A stretch of 63,158 nt of DNA from Fonticula-like sp. SCN 57-25 (lineage: Eukaryota). This document shows, piece by piece, positions 24,610-38,300 of the stretch. Every line of letters starts with the position of its first letter. Position 1 is the first letter of the stretch. Under the pieces are notes generated by a model. It saw only the letters and a list, made by a program, of their open reading frames with translations, made no database searches and was not told the DNA's origin. The stretch lies in the NCBI GenBank assembly GCA_001724245.1, contig MEDX01000007.1:1-63158 (forward strand), given 5' to 3'. A program made the translations under genes and the position numbers.

Positions 24610-24752
24610 GCCTGCACCAGGTCGACGATGACGCACCGCTCACGCAACCACTGGTCCCGCCCGCGTCTCTGATAGAGACGATTTAGGGTAGCGCAATCGA
24701 TGCGCCACTGAATTGCGCGCCAAGTTCAAAATTGCATCGTAGCCGTCCCGAA

Positions 24753-27700
24753 ATGAATGCGGACGCTGTGCGCGCGCTCCTCGATCGTGCGTCCGACGAC
24801 GAGGTACGTTACCATACACACACCGTAAGTGTATTCTTACTTATATGTAGGTTTCGGTGGCGCTTGATCGCGCGCTGGCCGACGGTCATGCACCCCAGCT
24901 CGTTGACACGATCCTCGCCCTGGACGACGCCCCTAGCCGCGGGCGCATGTTTGCGCATCTTTTAAGGGTATTACCGAATGCGCCAGAGAAGGCTGCAATG
25001 CGCGTTGTCGGCCAGCTGCTTGGTGTACTAGACACATTTGATATCGATGCGCTTGTGTCGGCGACCGAGAGCATCCTACAGAGCATCTACAAGGGGACGT
25101 GCGGGCAGGGCGCCGTCCTCGAGCTCCTCCCCCGTCTCCTCTCCATTCTATCGCAGCAGCCTCGCTTGGCTGAAGGCGGAGCTGACCTGCAGACAGGCGC
25201 AGAGTTTGTGGAGCGCGCCCTTCAGCGCCTCTGCGAGAAGCGGTGGCCGTCGGCCGTCGCGGTTCGCCTGACCACCGTCCTCCGCGACAGCGATTTGGCC
25301 GACTCGCACCGCGACCTCATCCTACACGCAGCTCTCCGCCACCTCGGTCATGTGGATATCCATGAGCTGCCGTCCCTCACCTACCAAATCCTGTTGCTGG
25401 CGCGCAAGCCAGCCTCGCGGCAGCTTGCGCTTAAAAGTATCCTGGCCCAGATGGACTCCCTCTCTCGTCAGGTGGTCGTATCGCAGCAGGCCACCGGCCC
25501 CACGGGCGGCAGCAGCAGCCGCAGCATTGCCGAAAGCGACGAGAGCATCCGCAGCGTTGGTACCTCGCGCACCGTCCTTCGGCAGGTGCAAGGTAACTGC
25601 CTGCTGCACATCAACTTTGCCATCAAGCAGGATCATGTGCGCCTTTGCGCTGATGGTGCATCTTTTACTAACATTCTTTTCTTTTCAGGAACTCGGCCAG
25701 CTGATTATCAAGGTGGTCCGGTCGCTCGCGGGCGCCGGCATGACGTCATTTAATATGGCGCTGCTGCTGTCGGTCGCCCTCGTGAGCCACTTTGAGGACG
25801 CTGCGATTGGTGCGCTCAAGAGCGGCCTCTGGGCGCGCCTCAACGACGACGTGATGCGCGCCTCGAACGCGTGGCTTGCAAAGGCCGACGCCTCGGACGA
25901 TGACGCAGCCGATGCCGACGCGACGGTTGTTCTGCGGGACATTGTGGCGAGCTCCGCGGACGGGTGGGACCACGTCCTCCCTGCCTTTGTACGGCTCGGC
26001 GCCTGCCTCGTGGACGCCTACGCGGGCAAGCTGTCGAGCAGGAGCATGTGCGACATCCTGGCCGACTCGACGGACGACGCGGCATGCACTCTTGGCACCG
26101 CAAACGACCGCGCTTTCCGACTCGGCCTCGTCATGCTCCACAGCGCCTTTGCCGTACGTCTAGTTTATCGTCGTCGCTGAATGCTAAATGATACACAGAA
26201 ACACGAGCAGTCTCGAGGCGAGATTTTGTCGATGATGAGCGCGCGCCTGCTGAACCGGTCGCCGAGCGCGGGCGCCTTTGTTGCGCTGCTGAGGCGGATT
26301 GTGGCGACGTGCCCACACGCGCTGCTCGAGCAGCTGCAGCGCGTCCGCGATATGATTGACATTCTGGCGTACCTCCCGCTGCCCGTCGCGTCGGCCTTTT
26401 TGGCCGCCATCCGGCCGGTCATCACGCTCAACGTCGCCTTTCAGGACCATTTGGTTCTCGTATTGCGCAAGGCCATCTTTGCAAAGTGCGACACTGCTGC
26501 TACCTGCCTGTTGTCTGACACGCGTCATTAGGGAGATGGAGGCGCGCAAGGTGGCGGTCGCCGGCGTGCTGATGCTTCTTGGCGCGGGCGACGCGGGCGC
26601 CGTCCCTCAGTTTTCACAGCGCGCCTTTTCGCAAGACGCGCGCTCCTCTGCGCCCCCGCCCGCTGCTCTGTCTGCGGGCGAAGTGCTCGCGATCCTGCGC
26701 CGCTGCCTTTCGCAACAACCCGACGTTCGTCTGAGCCTCTACGTGGGTCTGCACCGCGCCGTAACCGACATGCCTCACCTCGCTGTCGACGTGCTCTCGG
26801 TGCTCGAGCCGCACTTTTCAAAGTACTTTGACCCCGATGGCGCGCAGCGCAACCCGTTCCGCACGTCGCTTTGCCTTGAGCAGCAGTCGGGCGCGCAGGG
26901 CGTGCACACATTGGTTGAACCGCTTCCGCAGCTGCTCGCCGTAGTGTGCCGCTGCGTGTCGGTGTCGTCGGCGCAGGCCGGTGCGGCCTCGGACGCGCGC
27001 CTTCAGCATCTCGGCGGCGCCCTTCGCGAGGCGTGCGCGCGCCTTTCCCGCGCCGAGCTTGACGACTTTGGGCTGAGCCGCGCGAGCGACATGAACCCTG
27101 CAACGGCCGCCGGCAGCCGCAACCTCATGACGGCCGCCACAATTGTGTGCTGCATCGAGGTGCTCATGGAGTTTGTCTTTAGCGGCGGGGAGAGATCCAT
27201 GGAGAGCTGCAACCTCATCGTGGCGCTCTTTCACCGCCGTGACGCGCTCATGGCGCTCGCCCGCGACGCCCACGCTGCGCCCGCCGCCGCCCCGGCCACC
27301 GCTGCGGCGACCGCCACGGCTGCGACGGCGGCCGACGCGCACATCAACTCGGGCGTCCACTCGATCGAGTTTGCCGCCGCCTTTTGCCGCTTCATGTTTT
27401 CGGACAATGACCCGCACAACCTGTCGGCGCAGAATGTACTGCGCGCCGAAAAGCCGCTGTTGCGTATGGCGGCGGGCCTCGCGGTACAGTGCCCCGACAC
27501 AGCGCCAGCGCTCGACGCGCCGATGCCCGACCGCGTGTTTGTGAACGCGTGCCTGCTTGGCCGCACGCTCGTGCACGACGTCGCCATGGCGCAGCAGATG
27601 CGCGTGGCGTCGACCGGTCCGGCCGCCAAAGAAAAGGTGCGTGCTTTGCTATTCTATTTGCGCGAGGCTAACAATAAAACCTTTTAGCGAATTGCGTCGA

Positions 27701-29068
27701 TTGCACTTGAAGGGTTTCTTTCGCTGTTCGAGTCCGTCGTTCGGCTGGCGCCGTCGCGAGCGGCCTCTTTCCTTGTGCACACGGCCGGCTCGAGCGGCGG
27801 AGACGACAGCGCTTCGCTACGGGCCGCCTTTGTATACTTTCAAGAGGCAGTGGTGACGCTTGTGGTCGAGCGCGTGCCAATGTACCGCGAGGCGGGCCTG
27901 CTGGTCGGCGCGCTCGAGTCGCTGCTGGCTGGTGGCCTTCTTTCGCAGCCGCTGCGCACCGAGCTGCTCGCGGGCATGTCGGCGTGGCTCGCCACGCTTT
28001 GCGAGGACCAAAACATTGACGACCTCTCGTTCGCGCGCGTCGCCTTTCAGTTTCTCTTTTCCACCGCGGCGTCATCGGCCGACCTCGCCGTTCTTCGCAA
28101 CGCCGTGCGCGACGCGCGTCGGCTGCTTGGCGACATTTTTGAAAAGGACGGCGACGCGGCGGGCGACGACGACATCCGCGGCGACGGTACTGTCCAGATG
28201 GCGGCGGTGAACGCCAAGACGGTCGTGGCGGTGTCTGCGCTCGCGGTCGGCGGAATCGACGCGCTGCTGGCGGGCGCCGAGTGGGGGCTGTCATACGCGC
28301 GCGCGCTCGACGCAGCGCACACGGACGCCGAGGATGGCGCCAAGGGCCGCGCGGCACGCATCGTCGCCGCCGTATCGGAGCGGACGACGCGCGCCGTTGA
28401 GCTGCTCAGCGAGCTACTGCAGGCCATCATGACGGGCGCGGGCGCCGAGGCGCTCCTGCGGGCGCTCACTCGCGCATGCAAACTCGTACTGAATATTGCA
28501 AAGTGGTACGGAAAGAACGCGCACGCCGCGGCGCCCAGCAAAGAGTTTGTCGCGCTCATCGACCTCGTGCTCGGCCGCCTCACTGACGACGCCTACCGTG
28601 CGACATTTCTTATGGCCACACGCCCACTCACACTTTACAGAGTTTATCCCGTTCTGGCAGACGTCCGATCTCGAGAATGCGCGTCTGCAGGCCGAAGCAC
28701 GCGGCGGCGTCGGTGGCGATGGAAAGGGAAAGCGCAAAAAGGGCGCGGCGTCGAATGCGGCGCAGCGCGCGCGCATTTCACGCGAAAGCAAGCTGCTGCC
28801 CAATCTCATCTTTTCCATCGAGCACATGGAGCGGCAGCTCGTGCAGCTCGCCAAGGCGACAAAGGTGCGACTTTTTTCTTTCATGCCCACGTGTCTAATT
28901 TATCTCTAGGTGAACCTTCTCAAGAACTGGAAGCGTGGCGCCGCGCGCGACTTTCGTATCCAGGTTGGCCAGGTGGCGCAGGTGCTGCAGGCCGGCGGCG
29001 GCGACGATGGCGACGGCGACGACGCCGGAAAAGGCCCCGCCAAGCGCGCGCGCACCGACGCTGCGTAG
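24753..29068 (+). CDS. FANCI: Fanconi anemia group I protein
   Basis: ELPSLTYQILLL, VQGN.LLHI.FAIKQD.ELG, LVLVLRKAIFA...ARK.AV.G (monoubiquitination Lys region), SQ motifs, LRRCLSQQ.DVR..LY, C-terminal RESKLLPNLIFSIE..E..L..L.K.TKVNL.......RDFRI. Confidence 0.92.
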
Positions 29069-29180
29069 CACTGTGTACAAGAGAGCAAGTTGATATAGTG
29101 TAAACATGTTTGTTGCTGTTGTACAAAAGAGGCAAATGGTATCAATGTAGCAATAAAGTAATAATAGTTGCATAGTTTTG

Positions 29181-32100
29181 CTACTGCGCAGCAGCGGCAG
29201 CGGGCTCCTGCTTGCGTCCGAGGAGCATGTTCATAAACTGGTCGTATCCCTTTGCGTGCATCTCGGTGATCGCCAGCCCCTTTCCATCCGCGTTAAAGAA
29301 GAACAGGAGCACTTCAACCGTGCGCGCGAGCGTAAAGCGCTGCGTCTCGTCCTGCATGATGGCCACGCCGTACTCTTCGCGCGCGAGAATCGACTCGATC
29401 TCCTTGAGGATGAACCGAAAGATGGTCATGACGACGCCCTCGTAAATGCGGTCGTACAGGTGCTTTGAGAGGTACTGGATGAGCGGCGCGAGCATGTCAA
29501 TCATCTCCTCGAGCATGCGTCCAATCTCGGCGTCGGGGTCGGTCGTCGGCTTGCCTTTGGAAACGGTCGCCGTGTGCGACTTGCTCATGCGCGAAAGGCG
29601 CTGCAAAAGTGTCCGCAAAATCGGCGAAAGCTCTTCCTTGATCTGAAACAGCATATTGTGAATATAAAAGGGCAGAAAAAAAAGAAGTGCGCACCAGCAG
29701 CATGGCAATGTCGATGAGCTTTTCAGAGACGGCGCCGATTCCGTCGTGGCAGCGTTGGAACGTGTCCCTGAGCTCGTCGGCGGTCCTCTGCTGCTCTGCG
29801 GCCGGCACGTCCGTGACGCGGCCCAGCAGATTGATGATGCTCTGCGAGATCTTGTCCAGGTTGAGCACGGAAATCTCGACTGAGTTCATCATTTGGCAAA
29901 ACTGCGAGCACGTGCGTCAGCATTTCGCGCACTCTTATTGGTCCACTCGTACCTTTTTGTCGACTGCGACGTCGTACGACGGCTTCTGCTTAAAGAACGA
30001 CTTTACCGCGCGCTTGATCTGCTCCTGCCCCGACAGCTGCTGCCACGGCTGGTACTGCACGGCGTACATGAGCAGGTTGGCCGTGAACGACACGAACGCG
30101 CTGCAGACAATGTCGGCAAAGTCGGTCAGCAGCGACGACAGCACCTCGTGCGACGTCCACTGGAACTGACCCAAAAAGTCGAGCACGCGCGTCAGCCATA
30201 CAAACACCTCGGCAATCGCGACAGAGTGCAGCGACTGCTGGGACACGGCAAGCCACTAAGAATGTGTCAGCAAGGAGCCAAACGCAATGATAACCACGCG
30301 TACCGTGTCGGGGCTAATGGGGATGGCGAGGCATGAGGTCAGGTGCGTGCGCAGCGTGCCCATCCAGGCGGTAAAGTACGGGCGGTACCACTGGTCGACG
30401 GGGAAGGCGACCGCCGACGAGTCAAGGTGCGGCACGTACGCCTCGTTGAGGCGCTGGAGGGCAAAGTAGCCGCGGAAGATGGCGGTCGCGTCGCGCGAGT
30501 CGTACTCGAGGTTGGAAAGGAACGACTGGATGTTGACGGCGAGGCAGGTAAAGTAGCCAGAAGCAGACACTTCAAGAGAATTGCTGCGAAAAGGTGTCAG
30601 AAGAGAGAGATAAAGGGCGTAAAATAAACGCGGCACGACGAGAAAAGTACCAGAAAGCCACCAGAATGACTTAAAATACACCAAAAAGACGTCAAACATG
30701 CACAAAAAACCACTTTCGCACAACACACCACGCCAATATACGTACACAGGGAATGCGTTCTTGTAGTAGACACGGTCAGCCTCGAGCTCGAGCAGCGACG
30801 TCTCCGCCAACGACACAACGTACGTCGCCTTCCCCATTCTCCTCAAATTCTCCGTCTGCGCCAGCAGCATATCAAGCTGATGCGAAATGTTTCGCCTGAC
30901 ACAGTCGCGCAGCAGCAACGAAAAGCTCGGCGACGGCACTGTCGGCTCGCACACGCGGATAATTAACGAGGCAATCCGCAGAATTTCAATATTGTCCTTG
31001 ACGTGCGACAGCGGCATCGTCGTCGGGAAACAGTAACGGTACCGCGAAAGGCGCGTCAGCTGGTACTGCCGCACGCTCTTGAGCGCCCCGACAAGCAAGT
31101 CAACCTATAGGACAGCAAAAGTGCGTTAGAAAAGTGACCATGAGAGGCGGTGCGTACCTCGAGGCGGTTAAAGAATTCGACACGCTTGCCCACCAGGGCC
31201 TGCATCCGCGAAAGGGCTGTCAGCATAATGCTTGTGTCAATCCCCAAATTGATCATCTTTTCCGACAAGATGCGGAACTCGCTGGTAGCAAACATGAGTT
31301 AGCAAAGGGGTACTGGAAATAAATAGAGCGTACATGATCTCGCGGTAGCTGGCGCGGACGCCGTAGCGCTGCCCGTAAATGTCGAGAAGGGCGCGGCAGA
31401 CGGTTGAAGGAAAGCCGGAGCGGTCGAGGTGCGACAGGTCGTACTCGATGACCTTGCGCGCCAGCATTTGAAACATGCCTGGAAAAAGAGTCAGCAAAGT
31501 CGAAAATTGGGCACAAACATGAGGAAAGCAAAAAACAAGAACGAAAATTTCACTATCACACAAACGCTAATAACATGATTTAAAGCAAAAAGGGGCACAA
31601 CATGACACAAAAAAGAGCCAAATACGCACCATAGTGATCGGGCAGCGAGTAATAATTTTGCTTTGCCCAGCGATATGACACGCTGACAAACACCTTTTCG
31701 TCCCATGCAAACTCCCCCTCTCTCAACACCGCGCTCGCGACTGCGCTGCCCTCAGGCTCCATCAGCCCGTCGAGCGAGAGCGCGAGCCTCCCGAGCGGCA
31801 GCTGCGCCTGGCTCTGCGTCGACGCGACGCGCAGCGGCGACAGCTCTTCATCGCCGATGCCGCCGCCGTTCGCGCGCTGCGTGCTCATGTACGGCACCGA
31901 TAGGCGGTCATCGTCAAGCAGCTCAACGTCAAGCTCATGCGTCGCGCTGCTCACGTGGATGACACTCACGTCATCCTCAAAGCCGAATTGCCGCTCTGGC
32001 AGCGGTTCTAACAGGGGGTGAGTAAAACTGGGAAAAGTTTGCATTGCCAACGTACCGCTCTCGATGCCGCCGACGCCAATCACCTGCAGTATCAGCTGGC

Positions 32101-33500
32101 CAACAAAGCTGCGTTTACGCTGATAGGGATAGGAAAAATAAGCAACCAGGAACCCATGGAGAAAATTTGTTCGCCGCACCTTTTCGGTGAGCCTCGTGCG
32201 GCAGCGCGCGAGAACCTGCTCGGGGTTGACTTGCGGGAGGCCCGACACGCGCAAGGCCACGTCGCACACCTCCTCGTAGCGCCACTGGTCGTACACGGCC
32301 TGCGACGGGAACGACTCGCGCGTGTAGATCGGGTGAAAATCGATGGCGGCGATGCGCGTCACGACTTCGTCAATAAGAATGTTGGTGTCGGCGATGCGCC
32401 GCTTGTCCAAATTGATGACCGTCTTGTGCGTCTCGGGGTCAATTTGAAAGAGCTAGCAGATGTCAGCGCCGCACGGCCATAAAAAATCCTCGTACCTTGA
32501 GCACGAGCTGCAGCAGCTCGGCGGTGCGCACTTTGGCCACTTCAGAGTCATCCTCGGACCCGACGCGGCGATCGCCGGCGGCCGCCGCCAGGGCCGCCGC
32601 TGTCGTGGCCGCGACCACGAGCGGGCTCGAATTGCGCGTCGAGGTCGCAGTCGAAAGGCTCCGCCGATGCGACCGCTGAACGCCACGCTGGGTAATGTCG
32701 CTCGTCGACCGCGTGAAGCCGCTGTCCGTGCTGCTACTCGGCTGGACGACGGTCTCGTCCTCGGAGACAGGGCTCAATGGATCGCCGCCGAGCGACCTCA
32801 CAGAGTCGGTTGGGCCCGCTAGCGTCATCGACAGCGAATGATCAAGCTGCTCGGTCACGCGCTGCACGTCCACCTTCGAATCACGAAGCGACCTAAAAGA
32901 AGAAAGAAAAGGGAGTTAGTACGGGACGGCGGGCGGTGATCCGCGGACCTGTCTGTGCTCAGATTGCCGTACACGGCAAACTCCCACTGGGCGATCGCCA
33001 CCTGACACTGGACGTCTGTCGCGGCGGGATCCAGCCCGCGGAGGATCGCGACCACGGTCGCCCGGTGAAGGCGCTTCTCCTCGGTAGAAAGACGCACAAC
33101 AGGGCGGTCATTGCGCTGAAACAGGTTATTGGTGTTCCACCGCTTGCTCGAGCTGCTGCTCTCCTTGGTCACGTCCTCGAGCTGCTTTTGAAGCTGCTTA
33201 CCGTACGTCGTCTGGGAAGCGCCACAGGTGAGCTCGCGAAAGGAAAGGCAAAGCATAAAGCGCGCACAAGGTCACTCGTCTTGGAGAGAAACGTGGAGAG
33301 GTCTGTCGACTGCACAAAGGTGGCATCGGTATCCCCAGGTAGCTTTAGCCCGAAATCGAGCGGGATTGGCCGTTTTGATAAAACTAGTTTCTGTTTTAGC
33401 CCTAATAATGTCGACCTAGAAGCGGAGCGCAAGCGCGCGAGTCAGCTATGCGTAACAGACCACCTCAGCGCGGGCGTGTCCCTGCGTACTTTGAGTCCAT
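29181..33500 (-). CDS. MUN-domain (Munc13/CAPS-like, CATCHR) vesicle priming/tethering protein
   Basis: YGQRYGVRASYR and LSRYRYCFP (CAPS-like), W...HS....VF (MHD1-like), FFNADGKGL (MHD2-like FFHA.G.GL). Many introns; exact exon set uncertain. Confidence 0.65.
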
Positions 33501-33580
33501 GATGCTGCCGAGCGGTCAAACACACCCTCCTGCACACCACAAACACAATCTCCAGACCGACCAAAACCAAACCCAAACGT

Positions 33581-33634
33581 ACCGTAACCTACCGAAACCG
33601 ACATTTTTGTGATGAAGCGGACCGTAACCTACCG
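33581..33634. promoter_or_regulatory. 14-bp direct repeat ACCGTAACCTACCG, 40 bp apart, upstream of the MUN-protein start
   Basis: Exact copies at 33581-33594 and 33621-33634. Confidence 0.45.
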
Positions 33635-33828
33635 CATAACTGTGCAAACCCTGTCAAGTATGTTCAAGCTCCTCGGAGCGAGTGTATTTGAAAAGCGGAC
33701 ATGGAAACGATTTTGAATAAACTAAGCCATACAAAAAGAGACAAAACAAGCTGGAGAGGCATGGGCGACCAGCCTTCCGCCCAATTTCGATTCACTATTC
33801 ACACAAACAAGCCGATTGCCGCGGCCGC

Positions 33829-34870
33829 CTACCACGTAAACTCGCCGGTCGCCTTTGAAAACAGGTAGTCGCGCCCGCCGATGTGCATGATGCCGTCCTT
33901 CAGGACCGCGCGCCATTTGCTGTTTTTCGTGTGCGACACCTTGTCGTATTGGCAGAGCACCTCGTTGTCCGTCTCGGTATTGTCGTCCTCGTCGTCATCG
34001 TCGTCGAGCGATATCGACGACAGATTCCCTTCGTCGTCGTCCTGCGGGGCGGCGGCGGCGCTCGGTCCGGCACCGTCGTCCTCGTCGCTGTCGCCTTCGC
34101 CGTCGTACTGCGCGACGCGGCGGGCCGCCAGCGCGCGCTCAAGGGTCGCGTCCAGCGCAGCCACGGACGGGGGGGCCTCGTCATCGGCGCCATCATGCTG
34201 AGAGAGGTAGCCGGGTGCGCGGCCAGGCCCAGCACCAGCAACCGCCTTGTTCTAAACACCAAATTATCAGAAAAAAGACACCAAAAAGCGACGCAAAGAC
34301 ACTTTTTCGTTCCACATCAACCACACAACTGCTGCCACGAGGACGTCACTTGTTAAACACAACCGCGTACCAAAAACTGCTGAGGCTTGCCCGAGTCGTC
34401 GCGCCCAACCGCCGCGCGCACCGCTGCCATGCTCGCCGCCGCTGGCGACACCTGCTGCTGCTGCTGCATCGGCTGGTGGAGGTACGCGGCAGTCTGACCG
34501 TAGGGATCCGCCGCATACTGGGTGTTGTCATACTCGGCCGCCGCGGCGACATTCGTCGTGTGCTGAAGAAGCTTTGTCTCCCAAATCTTTATAGGCAAAC
34601 AAAAGGAGAGCGTCAGCATGCATAAAAAACGCGCAGAGCGCGAAAAGGCGCACCCGCTGGAGGGCGTTAAGCGTCTGCTCGTCAACCCCTTCGCTCATGA
34701 AATCGTCACGAGAATTGCGGATGACATCGTCGATAATTGTCCTATACACAAATTCCTGCAGCGCGCACAACACAATAAACAACACAACAGAAAAGACACA
34801 GCGAATATACGGCGTGAGCGGCTGCGGCCATCAAGCGCGTTGGCGCCAAACGCACCGTCTGATGTGACAT
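33829..34870 (-). CDS. TOA1: Transcription initiation factor TFIIA large subunit
   Basis: VYRTIIDDVI...R.DF..EGVDEQ.L..L..IWE.KL N-terminus; acidic linker; N.VLCQYDKV..TK..KW...LKDGIMHI.GRDY.F.KA.GE..W C-terminus. Confidence 0.95.
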
Positions 34871-34898
34871 GCCGGCGGACAGTGGAAAAATACAATGA

Positions 34899-34910
34899 TG
34901 CAAACTGCAA
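34899..34910 (-). promoter_or_regulatory. TTGCAGTTTGCA motif upstream of TFIIA start
   Basis: Reverse-complement tgcaaactgcaa about 28 nt upstream of the minus-strand ATG at 34870. Confidence 0.55.
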
Positions 34911-35302
34911 ACTGCCAACCGAGCTTTGATCGAAGTGGCAGAAAGTGAAGTGGGATGGACAATTATGTAATAATTGGACACAGAAATGCTCTTGTCTAGC
35001 TAGCATAGAATCAAAAAGTCATGTATAACAGTATAAAAGGTCCGGTGATTGTATTATTTGGGCTGAAAGGTGGTACAGGAGAAATACACATCCATTGACG
35101 GTGGGGATGCCCTAGAGTACTTGAACAACTTTGCTGCCCTACTAAAGTCGGCAAGCGTGCTGTGATATAATTGGTGAGACAAAAGATGGGTTATGGGTTC
35201 ACTTGGATATGGTCGAAGTCACTTGTGTTGTAGGGATGAAGGATATAAATATAAACTACTGGGTCAACCAGCAGGCGAAAGGCATAAACTAAATGTGAGC
35301 GG

Positions 35303-38300
35303 CTACTCCTGCTCCTGGCGTCTGCGCGTGGCAGACTCCTCCTCGAGCCTATCGGCTTCGTTGAACCTGTCGACGAGGCCCTGCACCATCGACTTGATTG
35401 AGAGGAGCTCGTCCATGACCTTGTCGTCGTCCTGCTGGAGGCAGAGCGCGCGGCCGACGGGGTACCACGAGGTCTCCTGGCGGTCGACGAGGTCCCTGAC
35501 GTACGCCTCGTAGGCGGTGTACTCGGTCGTCTCGGTCTGGAGCAGGTGCGCCGTGAAGAAGAGGTAGTTCCACTGGTTGTGCTCGTTCTTGCAGTGGTAG
35601 TCGAATCCGACGCCGGCACGGTCAAAGTCGTACGAGCGCAGCGAGCACACAAAGCAGGCGTTGCTCATGTCCTCCTCGGCCTGGTAGCGCGCGTCGCGCA
35701 GCTCAGAGAAGGTGTCGACAATGATACCAAAGACAATGTTGAGGCCGATGACGGCGACGATGATGTAGAACGAGAGGTCAAAGATGATGCGCAGGCCGAC
35801 CGCGCTCCACGTGGGGTCCGTTGGCTCCAGCACCAGGCCAAGGGGCTCTTGCAGACCCATCGTGAGGCACGTGAGGAAGCACTGCCACATGTTTTCACAC
35901 CACAGGTAAATGTTTTGGGACGGGTCAAACGACGCGCGCAAAAAGGCAAAGCTGACAACCGAGTAGATATAAATCACTATGATGGCGAGCATGAGCACGT
36001 TGAGCAGCGAGAGGCCGTTCTGCGTGATGGAGCGCAGCACACGCTTGAGAATATCATTGTTGGCGATAACATGGAGCAGATGGAAGCAGTAAAAGTAGCC
36101 CGACGTGGCAATGCCGGCGACCGAGCAGGCAAAGAACACCAGGTGGTACAGGTTGGAGAACCTCAACACGTCCCCGGCCGACTGGACCGGGTGGCCCATA
36201 AAGTGCGCCGATACAACGAGGAACGATATCAGTATGTGCGCGGCGCCCAGCGCGTAGATCACGGGCTGGTACCAGGACTCGACGACGGGCATGATCACGG
36301 TCGGGTCGGGGTCGGCCTGCCAGGTGGCCAGGATAAGGATGTTGATGCCGAGGGTCAGGGTAAGAATCATAAGGTGCCAGATGTAGGCGTTGAACACGAG
36401 GAAAGTAGCGACGGGGTTGGTCATCAGGCGCTGGTGGTAGCGCATGTGCTCGCGGAGGCCCTCGCACGCCTCGGTAAAGCTCTCAATCTTGCCGGTCGGC
36501 GAGCTGCGGTCAACGTTCCACTGCAGCTCCTCCATCATCGGGCGCGTCAGGGCCTCGCGGTCGCGCACGCGGAAGTACACACGCATGAGCTCGCCCTCCA
36601 TGAGGATCTCAATGGAGGCGGAGTTGTTGCGGAAGAAGGAGATGCGCTCGTAGGCCTCCTGCTGCTCGTGCGAGAGGACGCGCTGCTCCTTGTCCGACAG
36701 CTTCTCCAGCAGCCAATGCGTGCCAAAGCGGTGGCCGACAATGTCGCGCAGGCGCGAGAAGACAAAGTACATCATAAAGCCGGCCTCCTCAAACTCGGCG
36801 GGCGTCGTGGGGCTCTCCGAGTAGCTGATCATGAGGGTGTGCATGGCCTCGAGGTCGAGCGCCGTGCTCAGGTCCATGGCAAGGCGAACGGACTCGCGGT
36901 TGTTCTCCTCGACAACGGTGCGGAGGACCGTCGCGGCCTTCAAGTGCAGATCGGCAACGTCCTCGGCGCTCGCGTTGCCAAAGGTGGACTCGCGGATGAC
37001 CGCGTTGACCACATCAACGATCTTGCCGTCGTACAGCTGCAGCTTGTTCTGCATGTTGCCCGACGAGAACTCGTTGAGCGTCTCAAAGATCTGGCGGACG
37101 AGGTCAATCGACTCGTGGTCAATGTTGACGTAGATGATGTGCAGGTAGTCGAGCGTCGCCGCCACCAGGTTGTACTGGTTGATGTGGTCGGGCTGCTCGC
37201 GGAGATAGTTCTTGATCTCGTCGTTCTGGTTCTCGCACAGCAGCTGCAGGATGCGCAGCAGCAGCTCGACAAAGCCAACAACGTTCTTGAACTGGAGGGC
37301 GGCCTGCTGGTCGTCGTCGTCGTCCTCCACCGGCGGCGGCGGCGGCGGAGCGGCCGGGGCCGTAACCACCTCCTTCATGGCAAACGAGCTCTTCCTGAGC
37401 GCGCTGCCAAACGAGCTGGTGCTCTTGAGCGGCTCGAGCGGCGGCGAGTCGTTGGCAGACACCGTCATCTCCACGGAGCGCCTCATGCTCTTGCCATAGA
37501 GCTCCTCGAGCGCGGCCTTGTCGCGCGCAGCCTGGGCAATCAGGCCGCGCTGCTCCTTGATGGCGCTGGCGGACTGCTGCAGGCGATCGCGGATGATGGT
37601 GAAGAAGGTCTCGTCCTGCTTGCCGCGGAAGAACTCGACAAAGGACTTTTGGACCAGCGGGTTGCCGCCAATGAGCATCATGACAAGGAGGCGGAGCGCG
37701 GCGCGCTCCACGACAGGCGCCTTGGAGGCCATCAGCTCCACAGCGACGGCGGCCACATGGTTGTCATTGAGCTCGGCCTGGATCTGCTGCGTGGTGGCCT
37801 TGACTACTTCATTCGCTTCCTCGACAAAAGGACCGTCCTGCAGCTTGAGGTACTCGTTGGAAATGATGGCGCGCAGCAGGCGGAGGTGCTTGACGTCGAG
37901 CGCGATCTGGTTCTCCTTGTCGCGGTCCGACATAAACGGGAAGGCCTCGAGCGAGACGCGCAGCGAGCGGACGATCTGGAGCGTCCACGGCTTGATGGCC
38001 ACAAACTCGCGGTTGCGGCGGTACTGCACAAAGGCCGCAATGTGCTGCTGGAACTCTTCACCGCGCCAGAGACCGCCCAGCATCGCGTCCGGGTCGGTGT
38101 CGTAAGCCGGGCAGGTCTTGTCGCTGCGGTACGACGACTCCATGTTGGAGACAAACTTGCGCAGGCTGCGCATGATCTCGAGCTGCGTCGAGTACGCCGC
38201 CAGGAAATTCTGGACGGCAAAGTTGGCCGGCTTGCGTCCGCCGGCGGCCTTGTGAGCAACGATCTCGTCATAGCGAGCCTGCTGCTCCTCGGTGGCCCAG

